Below, in pieces: positions 35,671 through 45,521 of a stretch of 64,000 nucleotides of DNA. The notes beneath the pieces are model-generated. The model was not told the origin of the DNA. It saw nothing but the letters and a program-made list of their open reading frames with translations, and searched no databases. The first letter of the stretch is position 1, and each line of letters begins with the position of its first letter. Made by a program: the position numbers and the translations under genes. Origin of the DNA: an uncultured Smithella sp. (GTDB lineage Bacteria > Desulfobacterota > Syntrophia > Syntrophales > Smithellaceae); the NCBI GenBank assembly GCA_964400795.1, contig CAYNWA010000003.1:89734-153733 (forward strand), given 5' to 3'.

Positions 35671-36249
35671 TTAAATAGGCAAACCGAGCATGCCCCTTCT
35701 CAATTTTTCATTTTTATGAGAAGGTTTGTCGATAATCCAGATGCCGAAAAGGGCGGCTTTAAAATCGAGTCCGTCGACTTTGGTAATCAGCTTTCCGTTT
35801 TTGTGAAATTCCGTTCCGACACCCTTTATATATACGATATCGTAAACATCTCCGACGTTGAACTTCTGCGCGAAAGCTGTGTAAGCAAGATCAATTTTCG
35901 ACCTTAACGGCTTTGTATTGCCGTTGGTTGTTCTTTCAAAACCTTCTTCGCAGGCTTCCTTAAACCTTTCAGCGGTTATGAGCGAGGAGACGATCTTGAT
36001 TTTTATGGCCATGGATTCATCCATGCTCATAATCTTTTTGTAGTCGCTGCTTTTTTCTTTCAGATACAGACCGGCCACATAGATATCGACAAAGAATTTT
36101 TCCCTGATACCGGCGCCGTTCAGTATCAGTGTGTTATCTCCAGCTTGAAATGTTTCTCCCAGATTAACGCCGCCGACGGTTCGCGCATCTACGGAAGAAG
36201 AAAAAACAAAAAATGAAGCCAACACCAGAAACAAAAGTTTTTTGTACAT
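35671..36249 (-). CDS. Secreted chalcone-isomerase-like family protein
   Basis: 192 aa. Signal peptide. LNGAGIREKFFVDIYVAGLYL resembles the chalcone isomerase-like fold family. Confidence 0.55.
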   Translation of the reverse strand: MYKKLLFLVLASFFVFSSSVDARTVGGVNLGETFQAGDNTLILNGAGIREKFFVDIYVAGLYLKEKSSDYKKIMSMDESMAIKIKIVSSLITAERFKEACEEGFERTTNGNTKPLRSKIDLAYTAFAQKFNVGDVYDIVYIKGVGTEFHKNGKLITKVDGLDFKAALFGIWIIDKPSHKNEKLRRGMLGLPI

Positions 36250-36391
36250 CAGAACCCTCCTAAATTAGTTTATTAGTCGAAGCAAGATCGTTCCTCGCAA
36301 ATTTCCGGAAAAATCCGATTCGGTTTTGGGCATTTTCTATGAGATTATTTTTGTGTCTTGGAGTATAGATGACCCCGTCCGTTATGTCAAG

Positions 36392-36442
36392 AGAAGAACT
36401 ACTAACAGAGAAGAACTACTAACAGGGAAGAATTACGAAAAT
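36392..36442. repeat. 17-nt tandem direct repeat: two perfect copies plus one degenerate
   Basis: AGAAGAACTACTAACAG at 36392-36408 and 36409-36425, then GGAAGAATTACGAAAAT. Confidence 0.85.
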
Positions 36443-36454
36443 TTGTTATAGTTG

Positions 36455-37438
36455 CTAAAAAAAATCGATAGTTCTGATGCTGCGTCTGTTTTTCAACGCC
36501 TTGTAAACAATATCGGCGCAGGAAATATCCTGAATGGCCAGACCCGTCGCATCGAAAAGTGTTATTTCTTTGGGCGATGTTCTTCCCCGCTTCTTTCCGG
36601 CCACGATATCGCCCAGCAGCGCGTATATGTCTTTTTTCGTCAACTGTTTTTTGCGCAACGGAACATTGATTTCGCCGCTATGTGATGCCTGTGTCCAGTC
36701 ATCAACCACCACTTTCGCCTCTTTTAGAATCTTTGAAATGATTTCCTGCTTTCCGGGAGCGTCGGCGCCGATGGCATTAATGTGTGTTCCGGGAGAAACG
36801 GAATTTACCAGCGGTGAGCGCGAAGGCGTTGTGGTGATGACAATATCGGAATTCGTGGTGACGGCATCCATTTGTGACGATACGTCGGCCTCCAATTTGA
36901 AAGTGTTCTTAGCCCACTGTTGGAAGTTTCGAACGCACGCCTTGTCTTTGGGGAATTGCCAAATTTTAATTTTCCGAATGTTGCGCACCTCCATCAGGCA
37001 GGATAACTGCGATCGCGCCTGAACCCCGCAGCCGACAAATCCTGCGACTGTCGAATCTTCGCGGCTCAGGTATTTTGCCGCCAGCGCTCCGCCCGCGCCG
37101 GTTCGAATGCTTGTAAGATAGGTGCCGTCCATGATGGCCAGCGGAAAGCCCGTCTGTGGATCATTCAGAATGATGACAGCCATGACCGCCGGCAAATGGC
37201 TGGCGGCGTTTTGAGGATGAACAGTGACGCTTTTGATTCCGGCGATATCAAAACCTTCACCGGATATATAAGCCGGCATGGATCGCAGATCTCCTTTCGG
37301 GAAATATAAATAACTCTTGGGCGGCATTTTGGCACCGCCCAGACTGTATGCCCGAAAAGCCTTCTCGACCGTTTCATTCGCCAAAGCGGGAGTCAGTATT
37401 TTTTCAACATCATGTTTTGTCAGAATCAGGGTTTTCAT
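36455..37438 (-). CDS. Ornithine cyclodeaminase / mu-crystallin family protein
   Basis: 327 aa. Family-like Rossmann region (VAGFVGCGVQARSQL) and overall OCD-like sequence. Confidence 0.8.
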   Translation of the reverse strand: MKTLILTKHDVEKILTPALANETVEKAFRAYSLGGAKMPPKSYLYFPKGDLRSMPAYISGEGFDIAGIKSVTVHPQNAASHLPAVMAVIILNDPQTGFPLAIMDGTYLTSIRTGAGGALAAKYLSREDSTVAGFVGCGVQARSQLSCLMEVRNIRKIKIWQFPKDKACVRNFQQWAKNTFKLEADVSSQMDAVTTNSDIVITTTPSRSPLVNSVSPGTHINAIGADAPGKQEIISKILKEAKVVVDDWTQASHSGEINVPLRKKQLTKKDIYALLGDIVAGKKRGRTSPKEITLFDATGLAIQDISCADIVYKALKNRRSIRTIDFF

Positions 37439-37444
37439 GAATAA

Positions 37445-37636
37445 TCAAGGCTCGTGGGCTTTTTTACCATAGACCTTTTCGTAGGCCGTGCAGTAGGGGC
37501 AGATGCCGTTTTCAATGTTTTTAACAAACCAGAAAGCGAATCCGCTTTGTTGTTTCCGGGCCTGTTTGCATACCGGACATTCGACACAACGCTGCGCTTT
37601 TTTTCTATCCTCATCGGTAATGGGTTTTGTGGCCAT
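37445..37636 (-). CDS. Small Cys-rich (zinc-ribbon-like) protein
   Basis: 63 aa with CVECPVC...CPYC. It ends 6 nt upstream of the OCD-family gene. Confidence 0.45.
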   Translation of the reverse strand: MATKPITDEDRKKAQRCVECPVCKQARKQQSGFAFWFVKNIENGICPYCTAYEKVYGKKAHEP

Positions 37637-37959
37637 TTTAAACCTCCTGAAGTAAAATGATTACGATTACATTGCTTTGCTGACGGGACTTTTATATTGT
37701 TGAACTTACACTTCTCATAATTTTAAAGAGGGACTTGGTAAATGATACTCTTTTGAAGAGTCAATGCAAGCAAAATAATTATTGTAGTATTAGATTGGAG
37801 GATGAAGAATTTTCCTTTCGTCAGCCATTAAGTCGATTGTTTTCAGTATCGGGAAATGTTATAATTTACAAAAGAAAATTGCCCGGGAATAAGAAATTGT
37901 AAATTTTCAATTTGATGAAAATTTTACGTTTATTGCTTTTGCTTTTATCGGGATAAATT

Positions 37960-39492
37960 ATGTCGGATATGGATTTACAACGAAAGGCTGTTAATTCGCT
38001 TGTTCTTATACACGCGGCAATAAAGAATGATCAATTATATTCTTCCCTCAGTGGAATGATTACTGATTTCATAGAAACTCTTTACCTTTATATTGTGGAA
38101 AATATACGGCAGGAATCGCCTTCGGTTTTTGCTCAATTGGAAACAACAACCTCCCCCGCTCAGAATATTTCAAATCAAAAAGACGAAAAAACGATTCCCG
38201 TTTCAGCCCTGCTTGAAATTCTTCATGTTTTAAATCTCAAGAATTTTTCTTTTGAAAAAAATTTGGAAAAAGAAGAACTTAGTATTTTAGTAAACTTTAT
38301 TGCGCAAAAACCAACTCCTGCTCAAGTTGAAGCTGAGTCGCCAAAAATCATCATGGAAGAAAAGGCAGAACCGATTCTCCCTGATGATAAGGTAGTCATG
38401 GAAATCGAGATGCCTCCGGAAATCACGGCCGGTCAGGAGACATCTGAAGAAAAATTTTATAAGAACATGGCAGAGGCAGAAATAGTTTTCACCCGTTTGA
38501 ACGCAATGGACGGCGCCATTGAATCCATTCCTTCCGCAGAAAAAATAGAAATGATTAATCATTTGTCAGTACAGGCGGCGCAGTGGTTGGAAACGGAGAC
38601 AAAGTTTACTCCTGAATTCAAGGAAACATGCCTGCGCTTGCAGAAACTTCTTCAGGGCTTCATCCAGAATGGATTTATGGCCGAAGCGAATCCGATTATA
38701 AATGTTTTCAGCAGAATTAACGAAGGAAAGTTGATAAAACATGATAAAATAAGGGCGTTGTCATTGGAGATTATTAAAAATCTAGCGTCAGATAGCAACT
38801 TTAACATCCTTTTTAAAGAAATTAACACTAACGAAAAAAACAAGAAGTATGAAGCCCTGAAATTATTTGCCGGATTTGGCGATGTTGTATTAAAGAAATT
38901 GCTCAGTGTTCTCAAAAATGCCGGCGACAGCAAAGTGCGTATCAGCATTCTTCATACTATTGAAGCAATGGGGTCGGTGGCAATTCCGGCCATTAAGTCA
39001 AGCATTAACATGTATGAGCCATGGTATTACCTCCGTAATCTTGCCTATATCCTAGGCCATATCGGCAATGATACCAGCATAGAAGCATTAAAACCACTAT
39101 TGCTCCATAAGGAAAAACGGGTTCGTATGGAGGCCTTCAAGAGCATTAATCAGACAGGAGGAGACAAGCGGGGGCCGTTGCTTTTGTCTGTTTTACCTGA
39201 AGTCGATCAGGAATTACGGGTCAATATTATTGAAATACTCGGTAAAGTTAAATGCAAAGAAGCCGTGACAGATTTACACGATATGCTTAAAAGCAAGTCC
39301 TCAATGTCTAAGGATGATCTGATATCCATGCAGGAAAAAATATGCAAGGCGCTGGGGTCTATAGGCTCTCCCGAAGCCATAAAGACTCTTTCAGAAGTTG
39401 TTGAGTCAAAATCCATTTTAGGCATCGGGTCCTATGCTAAAGAGGTTAAATATGCCGCGGAAAGAGCTCTGGAATACATCAGAAAAAAATAG
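37960..39492 (+). CDS. HEAT-repeat protein
   Basis: 510 aa. The C-terminal half has repeated HEAT/PBS-lyase-like units (VRISILHTIEAMGS, RVRMEAFKSINQTG, ALGSIGSPEAIKTL). A TGTTATAAT extended -10 lies at 37857-37865. Confidence 0.6.
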   Translation: MSDMDLQRKAVNSLVLIHAAIKNDQLYSSLSGMITDFIETLYLYIVENIRQESPSVFAQLETTTSPAQNISNQKDEKTIPVSALLEILHVLNLKNFSFEKNLEKEELSILVNFIAQKPTPAQVEAESPKIIMEEKAEPILPDDKVVMEIEMPPEITAGQETSEEKFYKNMAEAEIVFTRLNAMDGAIESIPSAEKIEMINHLSVQAAQWLETETKFTPEFKETCLRLQKLLQGFIQNGFMAEANPIINVFSRINEGKLIKHDKIRALSLEIIKNLASDSNFNILFKEINTNEKNKKYEALKLFAGFGDVVLKKLLSVLKNAGDSKVRISILHTIEAMGSVAIPAIKSSINMYEPWYYLRNLAYILGHIGNDTSIEALKPLLLHKEKRVRMEAFKSINQTGGDKRGPLLLSVLPEVDQELRVNIIEILGKVKCKEAVTDLHDMLKSKSSMSKDDLISMQEKICKALGSIGSPEAIKTLSEVVESKSILGIGSYAKEVKYAAERALEYIRKK

Positions 39493-39552
39493 AAAACAAC
39501 ATATCAATAATTTCCCGATCCCTTGTTATCGGAGAATTAAGGAGGGACTCTG

Positions 39553-41619
39553 CTATTGATTTCGATTTACAAGTTCGAGCATTTTTTGCGGGTCGTTGGT
39601 CGGCAGGACGCAGGTATAATTGGTGCAGACGTAGGCGGTTGCCTTTCCGTTAATGCCGGAATGCGACTTCACGAACGGTGCGATGTTTTCAATATCCGGC
39701 TTCGCTGATTTTTCAGGCCGGAGGATGACGACCTTATTGGGCGCAAAATGTTTTCTTAAAGCAGAGAGCAACGCTTTTGTGTCCGGTTTATTCATCTCTC
39801 CGGCAATGATAACTTCGCTTGAAGGGCCAATCACAAAATCAAGACCGCAAAGAAATTGTGTGAAAGCCGTCGGCATCGCGTCTGCATGCGCGCGGAAGGC
39901 CCTGTAAATTTCATTCGCCTGTTTTTCCGTTTCGGCACTGCCTGTGATTCGGAATATTCTGAGCGTATTGATGTACGCAACAGAATTGCCGGATGGAATG
40001 GCCCCATCGTAGAGTTCTTTCGGTCGCGTTAAAAGTGATTCCGCTTTGCTTGAGGTAAAAAAGAGTCCGCCGTTTTCATCATCAAGAAAATGACTGAATA
40101 AGCGGGAATGATATTCAAGGGCTTTTCGCAAATACTTTGTCTGAAATGTTGCCTCGTAGAGTTCCAGAAGCGCCCAGACTACAAAAGAATAGTCGTCAAC
40201 ATGCCCTTCAATAGCGGCCTCACCTTTACGGTAGCGGTGAAAAAGTGTGCCGTCTTTGGCGCGCATGGATTCAAGAATAAAATCCATCGCTCGACAGGCG
40301 GCCTTTTTATAATCCGGTTCATCAAAAACCTGCGCGCCGCGAGCCAGCGCCGCAATCATCAGGCCATTCCAGTCGGTGAGAATTTTATCGTCCTTGTGTG
40401 GATGAACCCGCTTTTCACGGTGGGAGAAAAGTTTTTTCCGGATACTTTCAATTTTAGGGAGTATTTCTGTAAAATCAATCTCGTTTCCGGTCGAAGGTTT
40501 TAAATGCAAGATGAAATTGCCGGCTGGAATTTCGTGCATGCCCGGCAACTCAATGTCGGAGCTGTGCCGGTAAAGAGACAGGAGCAAGTCAGCTTCTTTT
40601 TGGGTAAGAATTCTACGGATTTCCTCTTCCGTCCAGAGGTAAAATTTCCCTTCTGCGCCTTCACTGTCGGCATCTTCAGCAGAAAAGAAGCCACCCTGCT
40701 CGTCCGTCATATCGCGCAAAACATAGGTAAATATTTCGCGAACAATGATTTCATATTCTTTTTTGCCGGTTGCCTGATAAAGTTCGATATAAGCCATCGC
40801 CATGAGCGCCTGATCGTAGAGCATTTTTTCAAAATGCGGGACAATCCAGCGCTTGTCGGTCGAATAACGATGAAAGCCGAAGCCGACCTGATCGAAAATT
40901 CCGCCGCGCCGCATGTTTTTAAGCGTTTGCTCAACCATATGCAGAGACTGCGCGTCACCGGTGCGCTTCCAGTAGCGCAGCAGAAAAAAGAAATGATGTG
41001 GAGAAGGAAACTTCGGCGCCTGTCCGAACCCACCGAATGTCTTGTCAAAACTCATCACGAGCGAACGATACGCCCGATGCAGGGTCTCTGCGGACAGCTC
41101 ATTTCCTTTTTCGGTTGAAGTTTGGCGCAGGGCATCGGTAATTTCCGTCGCGGCAGACAGAACATCGACGCGTCGTGTCTGCCAGAGGGATTTTATTTTC
41201 GGTATCAATTCCAGCATTCCGGCACGGCCGTACCGGGTTTCTCTTGGAATGAAAGTTGCGGCAAAGAAAGGTTTTTTATCCGGTGTCATCACAATGGTCA
41301 AAGGCCATCCGCCGCTTTGCGTCATGAGCTGGCAGACCCTCATATAAACCGCGTCAATATCAGGACGCTCTTCCCGGTCAACCTTGATGTTTACAAATGT
41401 GTCATTGAGTAGCGCGGCGACTTCTTCATCTTCAAAAGATTCCCGCTCCATGACGTGACACCAGTGACAGGTGGAATAACCGATCGAAAGAAAAACAGGT
41501 TTGTTTTCTTGTTTGGCTTTGGCAAATGCTTCGTCACCCCAGGGATACCAGTCCACAGGATTGCGGGCATGCTGAAGGAGGTAAGGGCTCTTTTCGTTAA
41601 TCAGACGATTCGCTTTCAT
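39553..41619 (-). CDS. Thioredoxin-domain protein (YyaL/DUF255 plus six-hairpin glycosidase-like domain)
   Basis: 688 aa. N-terminal [29 protein letters not shown]...CHWCHVME signature. Confidence 0.85.
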   Translation of the reverse strand: MKANRLINEKSPYLLQHARNPVDWYPWGDEAFAKAKQENKPVFLSIGYSTCHWCHVMERESFEDEEVAALLNDTFVNIKVDREERPDIDAVYMRVCQLMTQSGGWPLTIVMTPDKKPFFAATFIPRETRYGRAGMLELIPKIKSLWQTRRVDVLSAATEITDALRQTSTEKGNELSAETLHRAYRSLVMSFDKTFGGFGQAPKFPSPHHFFFLLRYWKRTGDAQSLHMVEQTLKNMRRGGIFDQVGFGFHRYSTDKRWIVPHFEKMLYDQALMAMAYIELYQATGKKEYEIIVREIFTYVLRDMTDEQGGFFSAEDADSEGAEGKFYLWTEEEIRRILTQKEADLLLSLYRHSSDIELPGMHEIPAGNFILHLKPSTGNEIDFTEILPKIESIRKKLFSHREKRVHPHKDDKILTDWNGLMIAALARGAQVFDEPDYKKAACRAMDFILESMRAKDGTLFHRYRKGEAAIEGHVDDYSFVVWALLELYEATFQTKYLRKALEYHSRLFSHFLDDENGGLFFTSSKAESLLTRPKELYDGAIPSGNSVAYINTLRIFRITGSAETEKQANEIYRAFRAHADAMPTAFTQFLCGLDFVIGPSSEVIIAGEMNKPDTKALLSALRKHFAPNKVVILRPEKSAKPDIENIAPFVKSHSGINGKATAYVCTNYTCVLPTNDPQKMLELVNRNQ

Positions 41620-41648
41620 TACATCAAATATAATTATTCAGATGATTT

Positions 41649-41906
41649 TTACAAAGCCCTGGCAAAGACTTTTTCGATTGCTTCTTTGGAAGGAACACCT
41701 TCCATCATCTTTTCGCTTCCCACGTAAAATGTCGGGACGAAATAATAATCGTATTGATTCGCGATTTCCGGATTTTCCTTTTCGTCTATGACGGTCATGG
41801 GAATTTTGGCATATTCCGGATGCTCGGCAAAAATCTCAAAGATCATCTCTCTGGCTCTTTTACAGTGAGGACAGCCTTTGAACATAAACATTATCACTTG
41901 TTTCAT
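41649..41906 (-). CDS. Glutaredoxin/thioredoxin-like small redox protein
   Basis: 85 aa with a CPHC active-site motif near the N-terminus. Confidence 0.7.
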   Translation of the reverse strand: MKQVIMFMFKGCPHCKRAREMIFEIFAEHPEYAKIPMTVIDEKENPEIANQYDYYFVPTFYVGSEKMMEGVPSKEAIEKVFARAL

Positions 41907-41929
41907 GTATTATCCTGCGGGCTGGAGGT

Positions 41930-42406
41930 TCATTTATGCTTTGATTTTACATTCGGAGTTACGCAAATTTTATCGTATAATTTTTCTGTCGGGGAACCGG
42001 GAGCGATTTTTATCCTTTCCTCGTTTTTATAGGTATATTTGTTTATAATTTTCCATCGATCATCGTAATCTATTCTCTCTTTAATTCTAAACAATTTCTT
42101 CTCGCAATCGAATCCCCACAACGTGACGAAGTGGTCAAATTTTTTATATCGTTCCGATAGATCCGGATCATGTTTTTTTGATACCTCAACCGTCTGTTTT
42201 TTATAATCGTCCGTCACCGTGTTATAAGTCCATACAGCTACATACTGAGATGATTTAGTGACATTTGTTTTATTGTAATACATATTATCCGAAAAAGACT
42301 CCCACACTTTACTATCCGGTTCAGAAAAACAGATGGATGGTAATGAAATGACGAGGAGAAACAGAACAATAAATGACAAAGAAATAACCGAGCTGATTTT
42401 TTTCAT
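41930..42406 (-). CDS. Secreted hypothetical protein (surface-adhesin-E-like fold suspected)
   Basis: 158 aa. Signal peptide. Pattern W...YY....V.VW.......FDCEKK......DYD....I.......W..I.PGSP.E.L...C. Confidence 0.45.
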   Translation of the reverse strand: MKKISSVISLSFIVLFLLVISLPSICFSEPDSKVWESFSDNMYYNKTNVTKSSQYVAVWTYNTVTDDYKKQTVEVSKKHDPDLSERYKKFDHFVTLWGFDCEKKLFRIKERIDYDDRWKIINKYTYKNEERIKIAPGSPTEKLYDKICVTPNVKSKHK

Positions 42407-42674
42407 AATTATTACTTTCCAAGTGTATTTTGAATATTCACAATACTAAATTGGATGGCTGAAATAAACAATTTTTTTAAATATCAAATATATAGCGATT
42501 TACAAGGTAAAAATTTCATCTTGTTGACGAAAGTAAATATTAAATATATACAAAATAAAAATGAATATTAAGGTTATGGGTTGTCCCGAGAATTAGGTGA
42601 AAATAACGATTTTGAGATGGAATTTCTTCTTACAAATTTTTTACTATCGTTTTTGAAATATCAGCAAACTCAAA

Positions 42675-42751
42675 GCCCCTGTAGCTCAGCAGGATAGAGC
42701 AACGGATTCCTAATCCGTGTGCCGCGCGTTCGACTCGCGCCAGGGGCACCA
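42675..42751 (+). tRNA. tRNA-Arg (anticodon CCT)
   Basis: GCCCCTG-TA-GCTC-AGCAGGATA-GAGC-A-ACGGA-TTCCTAA-TCCGT-GTGCC-GCGCG-TTCGACT-CGCGC-CAGGGGC-A-CCA. All stems are Watson-Crick, the T-loop is canonical and CCA is encoded. Confidence 0.92.
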
Positions 42752-42877
42752 ATCAATTACTTACAAATTCACTATAGACTCTTAATTTCTCCTTCGCTCC
42801 CCTAGGGCTCCTCTTTGGTTGAACTGGAAAGGCAGAAAGGGGCTCCTCCGCTTGCCGGCAGACCTTCCTGTCATTGA

Positions 42878-43273
42878 TCAATTTTTCGTTATAATAGGTA
42901 TATTAACCGTTCTGTCAGAATTTAAGGTAAAATACTTATCGCTAATTATCCGTTCTTTGAATTCATGTTGCACCCTTACATTGAAATTATATTCCGATTC
43001 CGTAATCATGATATCATCTGCAGTTATTTCTGTAACGCCTTTAAGAATCAAACGCTCCAGTAAATGTGCTTGTATTGTTTGTGGTGTGACTCTCAAAGAA
43101 TCTTGTTTTTTTAATATATCGTCTCCCAGTTTATTCATTTCGGAGTGAATCTTCATATCCTTGATATATATCGGTATAATTTTTATTGACGGTATTGCGA
43201 CGACAATGATCAATGCTATCGTTATTAACCAGCCAACCAATGACATCCCGTTTTGCTTTTTCAGAAGGTTCAT
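42878..43273 (-). CDS. DUF4845-like membrane-anchored protein
   Basis: 131 aa. The N-terminus KKQNGMSLVGWLITIALIIVVAI resembles the DUF4845 / pseudopilin-like leader. Confidence 0.45.
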   Translation of the reverse strand: MNLLKKQNGMSLVGWLITIALIIVVAIPSIKIIPIYIKDMKIHSEMNKLGDDILKKQDSLRVTPQTIQAHLLERLILKGVTEITADDIMITESEYNFNVRVQHEFKERIISDKYFTLNSDRTVNIPIITKN

Positions 43274-43688
43274 GTTTTTCTCCTTGTAAAGACTTTTTTC
43301 TTCCTGAATTCTTTTGATATTCAGGTTCTGCCTTTTTTATCATAGATTCGCTTATAGAATCAAAAGCAAATTTGTTCATAATGCGATGAACCGTTTCCGG
43401 TGGACTTAGCAAATACTTACATTTCTTATCGTCAGATTTTTATTGTAAAATATTTGTAAACATAAAATCACTTCTTTTTCATTTTTCTTTTTATTTCCCT
43501 TATGATATAAATAATTATTTAATGAATGAGACATTTTAATAAACAGATTCGTTTTCGTTCATTCAATATCCACAATTCGATAAATGTGATATTTGAAGAT
43601 CAAGAAATAAATGGCTTCTGTCAGCACGTGTAAATTCAATTTTCTGTAATGCATAGAATAGAAAACAAGCCAATTTAGAGGAAAATGC

Positions 43689-43856
43689 ATGAGCGTTTTG
43701 GGTGGAAAAGATAAGCATAAATTAGCTGCTCCTCCTAAAGATGTTTTAGACCTTACCCTATTAACCTTCAAACGAGGGGAAAAGGCAATAGAGGTATCAA
43801 TTCACCGAAGGAAAAAAAGTTTATTAAGAATCATTAAGAAGATTTTTAATCTGTAA
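43689..43856 (+). CDS. Possible small ORF (55 aa), unknown function
   Basis: Translation MSVLGGKDKHKLAAPPKDVLDLTLLTFKRGEKAIEVSIHRRKKSLLRIIKKIFNL. AGAGGA lies 7 nt upstream. Below the ORF-track cutoff. It sits in an otherwise ORF-free 830-bp gap. Confidence 0.3.
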   Translation: MSVLGGKDKHKLAAPPKDVLDLTLLTFKRGEKAIEVSIHRRKKSLLRIIKKIFNL

Positions 43857-44100
43857 ACAGAGAAATAAGTCTCGATAGGAATTTTTACAGATATACGGCA
43901 GGTCAGAAGTGAGAGGTGTCCCGGAAGCTTGCATGACTGATTTTGACAAAACGTTTCATTAACGTGAATTTGACACCGGGTAAATTGTATCTTGTAAATA
44001 ATTGGAAATATGATAATCTTAAAAATCGTTAAGTTGATTTGTGCCGTAAATTATTAAATCTATAAACAATTTTCAATGTTATATCCGGTAAAGAGGATTT

Positions 44101-45300
44101 ATGAAAAATAAAATTCAGCTGATGATCATACTTTTAGTGATTATAATCATTGCATTTCCTTCCATCGGGTTTTCGGAATCAAAAGAAATGATGAGTGAAT
44201 ATTGTGACGTATATAAAGGGGATGTGAAAAATAAGAAAAATCTTGAGGAATTTAAGAAATCCGTGAGTGTGAAAGCAAGAGAAAGTGTTCTAAAAAAGTT
44301 GGTTAAGGGATCTCAATTATCGAATACGACTCCGAATTGTATTAAGCATGCGATAAATAATTATTATGAAAAAATAGAGGTTCTTCGTCGTATAGACAGA
44401 GCGGACGAAAACGGCAGAAAGATTTGTGAGAAGGTAAGAATAACTTTAAATCCGGACGTTATCATAAAATATCTTAATCAGGAAACTTGTTTAAGAGGCT
44501 GGGGATCCGGTGCAGAGTATGCCGACTGGTGTCATGATATTGACAAGGTTATGCCGGAGAAGACAGGAAAACTCGAGGTGGGCTTGATTGTTGAAGTCAA
44601 AGTTCCCAATATCGATGCGCATCAAAAAGAAATCATGGAGAATGAGGAAGAAAAACAATTTCTGGCCATGACGGGCAACAGCCCGGATAAATACACGGTG
44701 CTGGACAAGAACTCTTTTGTGAAGGTTGCAGGAGAGCATAAAATATCATTATATGGAATATCAGATAAAGATATTTTACAATTAGGAAAACTTCTTCGTC
44801 TGGACGTTATCGTTCACAGATTGATCTATAAAGATAGTAAAGTGACAAAAGTCCGGAAGATCAGTACGGGGAAAGTTTTACTGTCGAATGCTTATCAAAC
44901 AGAACCCATGAGTGAAATCTCCGAACCCGAGGCGTCTGAGTGGGTTAAATATGGAAAAGATAAAAGAGGTACGCTTCATTATTATAAGAAGGGCAAAGTT
45001 GATAAAGATAGCGATATCGTAAAGGTTTTGAATAAATGGGTTTTTTCGAAAAAAGAAATATCTGAAGCCATTCAGTATAGAAGAGAAAACAGATTATCAA
45101 CCAGGGGATATGACAAGTTATCGTATATGGTTTATTTGTCTGAAATAGGTTGTGCAAACCAGAGCGAACGGACCTTATATTTATTCTTATATGATCAAAA
45201 TGGGAAAGCATTGTTTTCTCATACATACAAAAATCCCGAATGGCTGATGATACAACCGGAATCTAACGGGGAAACCATTCTGAAAGCGGTGTGCAAATAA
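44101..45300 (+). CDS. Secreted hypothetical protein with a C-terminal adhesin-E-like module
   Basis: 399 aa. Signal peptide. The C-terminal ~120 aa (WVKYGKDKRGTLHYY...IGCANQSERTLYLFLYDQNGKAL...W..IQPESNGETILKAVC) resemble the protein encoded at 41930-42406. Confidence 0.5.
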   Translation: MKNKIQLMIILLVIIIIAFPSIGFSESKEMMSEYCDVYKGDVKNKKNLEEFKKSVSVKARESVLKKLVKGSQLSNTTPNCIKHAINNYYEKIEVLRRIDRADENGRKICEKVRITLNPDVIIKYLNQETCLRGWGSGAEYADWCHDIDKVMPEKTGKLEVGLIVEVKVPNIDAHQKEIMENEEEKQFLAMTGNSPDKYTVLDKNSFVKVAGEHKISLYGISDKDILQLGKLLRLDVIVHRLIYKDSKVTKVRKISTGKVLLSNAYQTEPMSEISEPEASEWVKYGKDKRGTLHYYKKGKVDKDSDIVKVLNKWVFSKKEISEAIQYRRENRLSTRGYDKLSYMVYLSEIGCANQSERTLYLFLYDQNGKALFSHTYKNPEWLMIQPESNGETILKAVCK

Positions 45301-45521
45301 ACACTGACAGATAGGGTCTTATAAATTAAAGGGGCTCCGAATCAGACAAAATTTAAAAGGGCGACTCGTGACAAAGATCGAATTTCATTAAGCGGGATAA
45401 CAGTCATTTCATGTTAAGCTTGAAGCGTTCTGTGAGATTGATGATTTTATAAAAAATGATTGGAAACAGAAGGTTTCTCTTGGTATGTTGCTTTTGAACT
45501 GCTGATCCCCGCGTGTTTTTT

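Noticed and set aside
36392-36442. CRISPR-like or minisatellite array.
   Set aside because: There are only two perfect copies and one degenerate copy, directly abutting with no spacers, and no cas genes anywhere in the window.
43131-43412. 93-aa minus-strand ORF overlapping the start of the DUF4845-like gene.
   Set aside because: It is out of frame with, and largely overlapping, a better-supported ORF. It has a charged low-complexity composition and no RBS.
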